From contig JAYZEG010000014.1 of assembly GCA_036337435.1 (NCBI GenBank), forward strand, positions 1 to 21,840: a stretch of 21,840 bases of DNA. The letters run 5' to 3'. The translations under genes and the position numbers were made by a program. This stretch comes from Myxococcota bacterium (GTDB taxonomy: Bacteria; Myxococcota_A; Bradymonadia; UBA7976; UBA1532). Every line of letters starts with the position of its first letter. Within the stretch, counting starts at the first letter, position 1. The notes under the pieces were generated by a model that saw only the letters and a program-made list of their open reading frames with translations, made no database searches and was not told the origin of the DNA. This document shows, one piece after another, positions 1-6,869 of the stretch.

Positions 1-203
1 GCACCACCGGCACCGCCTTCAGCGCCAGCACCACCGGCACCGCCCGCAGCACCAGCACCACCGGCGCCGCCCTCAGCACCAGCACCACCGGCGCCGCCCG
101 CAGCACCAGCGCCACCGGCACCGCCTTCAGCGCCAGCACCACCAGCACCGCCCTCAGCACCAGCACCACCGGCGCCGCCCTGAGCGCCAGCGCCACCGGC
201 ACC
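1..203. repeat. 27-bp coding tandem repeat (7 full units plus a partial), encoding GGAGGAGA(E/A/Q)
   Basis: Units of the form gcaccaccggcaccgccttcagcgcca start at 1, 28, 55, 82, 109, 136 and 163, with a partial unit at 190-203. Variation is mostly synonymous. Confidence 0.9.
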
Positions 204-281
204 ACGGCTAGATGTTTCGTCATTGCCGCAGCCGAATAGGGCTAAAGCGAATAAGATTGTAAGTGTATTGAATTTTGACAC
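1..281 (-). CDS. Lipoprotein with Gly/Ala-rich repeat linker (N-terminal part; runs off the left edge)
   Basis: Manual translation from GTG at 281 gives MSKFNTLTILFALALFGCGNDETSSRGAGGAGAQGGAGGAGAEGG... It has a signal peptide with lipobox LFG-C and a GAGGGG Shine-Dalgarno at 287-292. Absent from the ORF track because no stop lies in the window. Confidence 0.8.
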   Translation of the reverse strand, partial: MSKFNTLTILFALALFGCGNDETSSRGAGGAGAQGGAGGAGAEGGAGGAGAEGGAGGAGAAGGAGGAGAEGGAGGAGAAGGAGGAGAEGGAGG

Positions 282-455
282 GACGTCCCCTCAAGTCATC
301 GGTGTTTGCGTCCTCAGGTGTACCACAAGTTAGAGTCTCATGACGATGGTGTATCCGTCCAGAAAAGGGCGAGAGTCAGCTTTGGTTTGCTGGTCTCTCG
401 CTAGACTGGCAACGTGTCCCGACTTCGGACGGGGATTCATTTCATACAGCGACAC

Positions 456-743
456 CTAGAAAAGCTTGATTTTATACGCTCCGGGGCGACCCAAGATAGC
501 CGTGCGATAGCAGAATAAAAAACCGCGCGATTCGGCCATTTTTTTCGCAGCATGCTTGAGGGCTCCACGCGCTTTCTTGCGGCCGACTACTTTCTCAGCA
601 ATCTCAATAAACAGGGGGCTCTCATCGTTGACCAGTCTCGCGACGGCTGCTCGGCACGGATGGATGGTTTCATACCGGAGGTACAGCCCGAGTTGGCAAA
701 CGAGAAAAGTGCCAAACAGGAGGCTGAGTAACCGCGAAAACAC
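456..743 (-). CDS. Small hypothetical protein with N-terminal hydrophobic segment
   Basis: 95-aa ORF with hydrophobic N-terminus (LLSLLFGTFLVCQLGLYL), on the same strand as its neighbours. No recognisable family. Confidence 0.5.
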   Translation of the reverse strand: MFSRLLSLLFGTFLVCQLGLYLRYETIHPCRAAVARLVNDESPLFIEIAEKVVGRKKARGALKHAAKKMAESRGFLFCYRTAILGRPGAYKIKLF

Positions 744-809
744 CGGTGATGTCCTTTTAAAACTGATTTCGTGTTGGGTGCGAGTTCTATGTTGAAGCCG
801 ACACAGTCC

Positions 810-1349
810 TCAATCCTTGTTTGTATTTGAACCCCGATTTATGTACGAGAAAACCCTGAGTGCCTCGTCTCTTATGCCTTCGAATTGCTGTGTTGTTTCA
901 GCCTCAAACTTGGCCATATCATTTAAACGCCGTCCCGCAGCTGTTTTATCTGCGGTTTTCGAAAACGGGTCGTTGCGCATGGCACGGGCCTCAGCGGCCA
1001 CTGATTTGATCATTTTTGGCATTAATTTGATTGTTCGCGCGGCACGTTTGGCAATGGCCATGGCCTTGGTCGCAAGGGCAGTGGCGTCCTTTGTCTGTCC
1101 TAGGATGATGTCATTTTTTTGGGGCAGCGTCTTTACGGAGGTCTTGAGGAGATCCAATTCGATTTTTAATTCCACCGCAGACTCTTGGAGTTTCAGATGC
1201 GTGGCTACGCGTCTCGCAGGTTTGAGTGACCGCGCTTTATTCGCCAGGAACAAAGCAGTGCCAGCGAGCACCGTCACAATGCTCAACATGACCAAAATCA
1301 CCCGACGGCCATTTCTCACCGGGGGTTCATCGATTTCCCGTGTCTCCAT
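810..1349 (-). CDS. Single-TM, Lys/Ala-rich helical (coiled-coil-like) hypothetical protein
   Basis: Probable start at ATG 1349 (METREIDEPP...) after a purine-rich GAAGAG; the ORF track extends to 1478. One TM segment (VILVMLSIVTVLAGTALFLA) is followed by helical sequence. Confidence 0.6.
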   Translation of the reverse strand: METREIDEPPVRNGRRVILVMLSIVTVLAGTALFLANKARSLKPARRVATHLKLQESAVELKIELDLLKTSVKTLPQKNDIILGQTKDATALATKAMAIAKRAARTIKLMPKMIKSVAAEARAMRNDPFSKTADKTAAGRRLNDMAKFEAETTQQFEGIRDEALRVFSYINRGSNTNKD

Positions 1350-1587
1350 AATCAACTCTTCTTCGTATCCATCAACGTCGGCCTCGGCCCCGTATTGGGT
1401 CTCAACCGTCAATTGGCCAAGAGTGACCAGTCGACGACAATCGAACTGCCCCTCGCAGTGGGGACGACATAGGCCCACCGTCGGTTACCCGTCTCCAAGC
1501 TGGTGGCCTCCAAAAGAACTGCAATCGATCTTTTTTGGGTTAAATGTCAAGACTGCTCTTTAAGTATCGAGAGTTCGCACTGGTGTT

Positions 1588-1818
1588 TCATCTCCGATTG
1601 ATCCGTTCGGAAATAACGCAGGTGAGAAGTGAACGCAGTGCTCGCGAATCAAGACCGACCAGCAAATATCCGCCATTCTCGGCGATTCGATTCATCCCCA
1701 TCGACAGCAGATGAGCTTTTTCGAGCGGGCTCGGCACCTGTCCTCGATGCACTTGCTTTAACAGTGATTTCAGATCGTCCGTCGGCACCTCAGTTAGGCC
1801 AAGTCCAGCGCTTTGCAT
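1588..1818 (-). CDS. Small helical hypothetical protein (76 aa), last gene of the pup-like operon
   Basis: ATG preceded by AGGAG, 10 nt after the yhhN-family stop. Amphipathic helical pattern ending GLDSRALRSLLTCVISER. Confidence 0.7.
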   Translation of the reverse strand: MQSAGLGLTEVPTDDLKSLLKQVHRGQVPSPLEKAHLLSMGMNRIAENGGYLLVGLDSRALRSLLTCVISERINRR

Positions 1819-1828
1819 ACCTGTTCTC

Positions 1829-2467
1829 CTAAGTCACACAGGCATAGCCAAACACAAGTTGAGAGCCAAAATAAAGGGGAATACCCCAAAGCTTGTTTGC
1901 AAAACCCGCCGCCTTGAAACGGCCGCGTGCGACCGAGATATCAGAGAGCCAGAACATCATTGCAGCCACGGGTAAAATTGAACTCTTCGTTCCAAAAGCC
2001 AAAGTGACCATCGCTGTAATGACAAGAACATAAGCGGCCACGGCACTCTTGAGTTTGGGTGGTACATCTGGGCGCAGCCACTTGAATATAAGCCAAGCAA
2101 CGAGGGAGAATCCCAGCAATGCGACCCCCGCATGAGTCCAATTTATGCCGTAGACGAGACAGGCTCCAGCGTAGGCTAGGTGACCTAGGAGAAATGAGCC
2201 CAAGCCCATGGCAAAGTAGGGGCCGACCTTTCTTGGGATCAGAAACAGATCACCGATTACGGAAAAAACGAGCCCCACAAGAATCCACTGACCGAACGCC
2301 GTTTGCCATGCGCCAACTGCTAAAGCAGCCAAAACAAAGGCGATGGCGGCCACGGGTTTGAATAGCCAGCGGAGAGGTTGGTTGTCGGTCTTCTCCGCCC
2401 AGAGCAAGCCTATCACCGCTGCAGCTGTGATGGCCGACAAGCCAATAAACTGTTCTTGCATCCCCAT
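1829..2467 (-). CDS. YhhN/TMEM86-family lysoplasmalogenase-like integral membrane protein
   Basis: Multiple TM helices with family motifs FKP, GLVFSVIGDLFL, GLGSFLLGHLAY, FWLSDISVA and LYFGSQL. ATG at 2467 overlaps the upstream TGA (TGATG). Confidence 0.85.
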   Translation of the reverse strand: MGMQEQFIGLSAITAAAVIGLLWAEKTDNQPLRWLFKPVAAIAFVLAALAVGAWQTAFGQWILVGLVFSVIGDLFLIPRKVGPYFAMGLGSFLLGHLAYAGACLVYGINWTHAGVALLGFSLVAWLIFKWLRPDVPPKLKSAVAAYVLVITAMVTLAFGTKSSILPVAAMMFWLSDISVARGRFKAAGFANKLWGIPLYFGSQLVFGYACVT

Positions 2468-4161
2468 CAATCCCCTCTGTGCTTCGGGTCGTGGAGCACT
2501 ATGACCTGCTTTTTTGTCCCTCTTTTGAGACGCACACTCAACCAACTTGTGGAGGGATCGCTGCGTCCTGCCAAGTGCCGAATGAGTTGCCCACGATTGA
2601 ATGCAGGTGTATCTCCGGGTGGCTGATCAAATGCACGCTCAACAGCCTGAGGGTCGGTGAGTCGGACCACCAAGTTATTGTCAAGAAGTAAAGCCGCATA
2701 GCCCGATCCCAGCTCATGATATTTTAAGTCGATTTTCTTCTTTGAGCCCAGTGTCAGGTCATCACCAGCCTCGTTAAGCAAGTGCAATTTTGTCACCCAG
2801 TCGAGTTGTCCAATCAGCATTTCCGGGCGATGGATGAGTGCGTCGAGGGTGTCACTCCATCGTGTGATGATCTCGTTTGCTTCAAGTCGTACGACGGCAG
2901 ATTCGCGCACGAAGGCCTTCGCCCTGTCTAAGTACCACCGTTGCAAGTCAAGCCCGGTCCAATAATCGCCATTTTTCATGTAGACGGCGATCCTTAATTC
3001 AGGGTCTGCGTTAATCGCATGGAGCGCATCCAGGCAATTGGAGACCTGGGGAGCATCGTCGATGAAACCCGCTTCGATCATATCAATGACCAGTAGGGTT
3101 GACCCCAATTTTAGAAATTCGGCGACCTCCAAGCGGTTAGCATCGCTCAGGCCGAGCTGGAGTCGGATCGTGGGCTTGAACAGCAGGCTAATCAGTTCAA
3201 ATTCGCCAAGTAAGGGCAATATTACACATTTGAGTATGTGCCCGTGATCGAAAATACTGTGACCAGACATGGTGAAAGGAGCCCGGTCTATTCGAGAAAT
3301 CCCGAGAGCCTTCTCACTCAGTTGAAATGAATAGTAACTGTCCAGCGTGCCGGTTCCGGACAGAATTGCACGGCTGCTTAGAAAACCCGACATCAGGTGC
3401 CGAAAACGCCGGAATACGATGTGTTTGAGTGCAAAGTGAAGCGGCAGTTGCGCCGGCGCGAGAATGATGGATTGCGCAGCAAAGTCGAGCCGCGCCATCA
3501 AGACTCGGCCGGGATGAGGCTGACGGGGGTCTTCATCACCTGCCGGAGTCCCACCCTGGGTGTTTCGTCCACTCAGGCGCAGCACGGCTTCACCCAAATA
3601 TAGACCCAGTGAGACCACCAGCGTAGGGATCAAAACTGCTAACATCAACAGAGCAGCGATAGGTAACCAGGCAACGCAGACCACTGCGATCGCTCGGAAA
3701 GCCAATCCTTTGATGCCTGCTGGTACTTTCACTTCGTAATTTTCCTGCGGTCCGTAGATCTGTCCATCCACGTCTCGCGCATTGCGTAGCAACGTGAGCT
3801 CGCCCGAGTAACCGAAACGACATAAGTGATCTTCGGCCAGCGGGATTGCCCGCAAAAGAAGGTCTTCTTGCGCCCTTTGGTAGACCAACAACTGACTCGG
3901 CCCTCGACATTCTGGCGTCGCACACTCCACTAGACCTGCTGCTGGATGCGTCGGCTTGTGCTCATAAGAAACACTGCCGCCGTTGGCACAGAACATGCGA
4001 TGCTGGCCATCTTTTCGTTTGGCTGGAATTGTGGACGTGCAGACGCTGATGGCGTCGGCCAAGGCAAGGTAGATCTCTTCATTGTCCGGTCGTGGACAAC
4101 CCAGTGTCGGTCGAAAACGAATCGCATACTCATTTTCGAGGCCTGTCAGGCGAGACAGCAC
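2467..4161 (-). CDS. Divergent PafA/Dop-family (Pup-protein ligase-like) protein with an internal hydrophobic insert
   Basis: Motifs colinear with PafA: GLENEY (GhExE), NGG, ECATPEC, RNxxDxxGxxYGxQENY, FLSSRAILSGTG, FQLSEKA, RLQLGLSDAN, LKLGSTLLVIDMIE, LDWVTK, IDLKYHELG, PPGDTPAFNRG and a terminal W...DP. Lies 6 nt downstream of a GGE-ending peptide gene. Confidence 0.9.
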   Translation of the reverse strand: MLSRLTGLENEYAIRFRPTLGCPRPDNEEIYLALADAISVCTSTIPAKRKDGQHRMFCANGGSVSYEHKPTHPAAGLVECATPECRGPSQLLVYQRAQEDLLLRAIPLAEDHLCRFGYSGELTLLRNARDVDGQIYGPQENYEVKVPAGIKGLAFRAIAVVCVAWLPIAALLMLAVLIPTLVVSLGLYLGEAVLRLSGRNTQGGTPAGDEDPRQPHPGRVLMARLDFAAQSIILAPAQLPLHFALKHIVFRRFRHLMSGFLSSRAILSGTGTLDSYYSFQLSEKALGISRIDRAPFTMSGHSIFDHGHILKCVILPLLGEFELISLLFKPTIRLQLGLSDANRLEVAEFLKLGSTLLVIDMIEAGFIDDAPQVSNCLDALHAINADPELRIAVYMKNGDYWTGLDLQRWYLDRAKAFVRESAVVRLEANEIITRWSDTLDALIHRPEMLIGQLDWVTKLHLLNEAGDDLTLGSKKKIDLKYHELGSGYAALLLDNNLVVRLTDPQAVERAFDQPPGDTPAFNRGQLIRHLAGRSDPSTSWLSVRLKRGTKKQVIVLHDPKHRGD

Positions 4162-4167
4162 AGGGGC

Positions 4168-4329
4168 TTATTCGCCTCCAGCCGGAACGCGAGTCTCCTG
4201 GATATACTCGTTGGCTTTGTCCTTGGCATCTTCTCGAATTTGCCGGAGGACCATTTGTAGTCGTGTGTCTGCTGTGCCGGACTCAGGCGTCTCAGGTGTC
4301 TCAGGTGTCTGTTTTTTTGAATCTTGCAT
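4168..4329 (-). CDS. Pup/UBact-like small protein modifier (53 aa, C-terminal GGE)
   Basis: Manual translation: MQDSKKQTPETPETPESGTADTRLQMVLRQIREDAKDKANEYIQETRVPAGGE*. GAGGAAGG Shine-Dalgarno at 4335-4342. Disordered N-terminus, central helix, GGE end, directly upstream of the PafA-like gene. Not listed in the ORF track, which shows nothing under 60 aa. Confidence 0.85.
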   Translation of the reverse strand: MQDSKKQTPETPETPESGTADTRLQMVLRQIREDAKDKANEYIQETRVPAGGE

Positions 4330-4413
4330 GGGAACCTTCCTCGACCTCAGTTATGGTGCACCGTATCCGATTTTACCTGCGCTATCGAGTCTGAAAATAG
4401 AAAGAGAGGGTGT

Positions 4414-5154
4414 ATGCCGGTCGCTTTTATTGCGGGTGCCACAGGGTTGACGGGCCGTTCGGTTGTTCAGTTTCTACGGGATGCAAAGGTCGACGTCGTC
4501 GCACACATTCGTCCCGATTCCAAACGGCTTGACGAATGGACAGATCGTTTTGAAGCACTGGGTGCAACCGTATCGACTGCCGAGTGGACGGTCGACGCAA
4601 TGTCAGCGGCATTTCAAACCATAAAACCCGATATGGTGTTCGCCTTGCTGGGGACGACAAAGAAGCGGAGCCGCGCAGGTGATGGAGATTATGATTCAGT
4701 GGACTATGCCCTCACGGCGCTGCTTATCGAGTCGGCTGAGATGGCCGCTGCATCATCACGGTTTATCTACCTCTCGGCCGTTGGAGTGACCCCAACAACC
4801 CGCAATAGATATTTGTCAGCAAGAGCGAAGGTTGAAGCCCGTTTGGCTCAATCGCCCCTCGCACACTGTATCGCAAGACCCTCCTTCATCTTGGGCCAAC
4901 GTGATGATAAGCGGCCACTTGAGGCATTGGGCGCGCCTTTGCTCGACGGTCTACTCGCAACAATGGGTCTTCTCGGAGGTAGACGTTGGTCCGACCAATA
5001 TCGCTCAATGCTGGGGACAGACTTAGCAATGGCCTTGACTGAGGCTGCGCTCGCCGGCCTAGACGGGATCTTGGATGTCCCTCGGATCATCGCTGCCAAG
5101 GGTCGATATCAAGACCGAATAGCGAACTGGGACAATGAATCCGAGACGAACTAG
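4414..5154 (+). CDS. Atypical SDR / NAD(P)-binding Rossmann protein (YraR/TIP30-like)
   Basis: Start MPVAFIAGATGLTG at ATG 4414 after GAGAGGG. Motifs LGTT, VDY, YLSAVG, YxxxR/K and RPSFILG. Confidence 0.85.
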   Translation: MPVAFIAGATGLTGRSVVQFLRDAKVDVVAHIRPDSKRLDEWTDRFEALGATVSTAEWTVDAMSAAFQTIKPDMVFALLGTTKKRSRAGDGDYDSVDYALTALLIESAEMAAASSRFIYLSAVGVTPTTRNRYLSARAKVEARLAQSPLAHCIARPSFILGQRDDKRPLEALGAPLLDGLLATMGLLGGRRWSDQYRSMLGTDLAMALTEAALAGLDGILDVPRIIAAKGRYQDRIANWDNESETN

Positions 5155-6756
5155 GCTATCGAGCTCCCCTGGACTTGCATCTATTTGCGCGAAGAGACAG
5201 GGCGATGTCTCGAGGCGTTCCAAAGCAGTGAAGGCTGCGTCAGTCAGCTCGAGTATGTCGAGCTCCCCATCACTCGCCCGTTTGACCACTAGGTTATGAC
5301 TCTTGAGGGGCAGTTCAGCCGGTAAGTGCTCGACGGACGCGATAATTTTAGGGATGTCGAAATCAAAATGAAGACGCTCAACACCAGGGGCAATGGTCCA
5401 TTGTGTCTTTCCACATGGGTTATCTGTGTACAGCGCGTCGTGCACAATCGATGTGCTGCTTGGATGGATGAATGCGGTCTCATAGCGAGCGACCTCAGCG
5501 GTAGGCCCTGGGGCCTCTTCGTTAAGAAATTCAGCAAAACGGCGGGCTAAGGGGACTCGGCTCGGGACATCCTGTTCAGCAAACGCAACCACAACAGGAG
5601 GCAAGGCATCGCCCAGTATCGCTGTCGTATTTGGAAGCGTTTCTTCCAATCCATCGGTAATTTGTTCGATGGAACCGCCCAATCGGTTCAAAATTGAATA
5701 GCCAAGGGAGAAAACGTCATCGTAAGCGGGGAGGTACCACTCGTCGCAGAGCGCGCTGTAGGTTATGGAACTATACCTGAGTGCCTCGTCCGAACTGTCC
5801 GCCAGGCGTCTGATTATTTTTTCAAGTTCCTTGCGACACTCGCCATCACACTCCATGGCGATCACCAATAAGCGCCACGCTACATCTTGGCAGATCCAGG
5901 TCGAACGGTCACCGATCAGAGGGCGGGCTTCACCACGGCCGGTCATTGCATTCATGATTTCTATGACCCGTGCTTCTTGGGCATCTAAATCTCTAAAAGC
6001 CCCTTGGTCTGGTCCTAAGAACAAATGTCGAAACCATTGGAATTCGTCCGATTCTAACCGAAGTCGATTGGCGGCAGTCCAGGTCAGTGCATCATTGTTG
6101 AGGTCGATGGTTGCGTATCGATGCCCTGTTGGAATACCGGTCCGACGTGTGCGTGCGATGGCGGCAAGCTCGCGATCGACAAATGCGAGGCCATCTTCGA
6201 GAAATTTCGTATCCTTTTTTACAATTGGCCCGCCAGACGCAGCCTGTTCACACGCAGGACAACGCAGACCGAAGAGGTCGCCGAGGCCGGCATGTTGCTC
6301 GCATCGGCGGAGATCGATCTCATCAAAGAAATACCATAGGGCTACGGGAAGCAGTTCCGACAAGCGCGCTGACAATGAATGGAACAAAGGCGATGCGTTG
6401 GGCCTCCAGGCGAAGCCGATGAGCGCATGGCATAATTCATGAGCGGTCCATTTCGGATCATGGCTTGGATGAAAACTGCCGATGGGATTATCGTATCTGA
6501 AATGTCGATACTTATGTTCGACTAAGTGGCCTGCTTTCCAATAAGGCTGAGCAGAAAATCCGGGTTGATTTGGAGGACACCATGCTTCGGGCAGAGGCAT
6601 ATGATGCCGGTATTCGAAATGGCTGAGGAACAACCCACTTGCTTGAGCAAGGTCTCCGATCACGTGCGCTGCTGATGAACGAGTCAACTCGTGGGCTGGG
6701 GCACCAATATTTGAGAAAGCGGTCATAGGCTGTTTATCTGACCATTGACAGCTCAT
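5059..6756 (-). CDS. Hypothetical protein with HEXXH metal site, CxxH/CxxC insert and DUF2063/HvfC-like C-terminal region
   Basis: 565-aa ORF. HELCH at aa 106-110 with a downstream Glu (LSELL), and C152/H155/C166/C169. The C-terminal segment LEETLPNTTAILG...RFAEFL...AEVARYETA resembles DUF2063. The start may be 6726. Confidence 0.7.
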   Translation of the reverse strand: MSCQWSDKQPMTAFSNIGAPAHELTRSSAAHVIGDLAQASGLFLSHFEYRHHMPLPEAWCPPNQPGFSAQPYWKAGHLVEHKYRHFRYDNPIGSFHPSHDPKWTAHELCHALIGFAWRPNASPLFHSLSARLSELLPVALWYFFDEIDLRRCEQHAGLGDLFGLRCPACEQAASGGPIVKKDTKFLEDGLAFVDRELAAIARTRRTGIPTGHRYATIDLNNDALTWTAANRLRLESDEFQWFRHLFLGPDQGAFRDLDAQEARVIEIMNAMTGRGEARPLIGDRSTWICQDVAWRLLVIAMECDGECRKELEKIIRRLADSSDEALRYSSITYSALCDEWYLPAYDDVFSLGYSILNRLGGSIEQITDGLEETLPNTTAILGDALPPVVVAFAEQDVPSRVPLARRFAEFLNEEAPGPTAEVARYETAFIHPSSTSIVHDALYTDNPCGKTQWTIAPGVERLHFDFDIPKIIASVEHLPAELPLKSHNLVVKRASDGELDILELTDAAFTALERLETSPCLFAQIDASPGELDSLVRLGFIVPVRYSVLISTLGSDDPRDIQDPV

Positions 6757-6869
6757 TGCAAGCGATGCCGTTGGTGATGATGACGATTATTTCTGTCATC
6801 GAGCCCTCGTCGGCGTTACGTTGCAACCACTGCACGCATGGTTTGGGTTGCTGAGGGAGGGAGAGAGAC

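Noticed and set aside
1..203. Tandem repeat as a CRISPR array
   Set aside because: Units are contiguous with no unique spacers, are a multiple of 3, and encode a Gly/Ala linker. No cas genes are present.
817..1563. 248-aa plus-strand ORF
   Set aside because: Antisense shadow of the minus-strand TM protein, with Ser/Arg-rich composition and no motif.
2467..4161. Assigning the symbol pafA or dop
   Set aside because: The family is clear, but active-site substitutions and the insert prevent a confident orthology call by eye.
4082..4450. Plus-strand ORFs 4082-4450 and 4092-4394
   Set aside because: They are antisense to the Pup-like peptide and the ligase start, which have an SD and a coherent functional context.
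5765..6442. 225-aa plus-strand ORF
   Set aside because: Antisense shadow of the HEXXH protein with no recognisable features.
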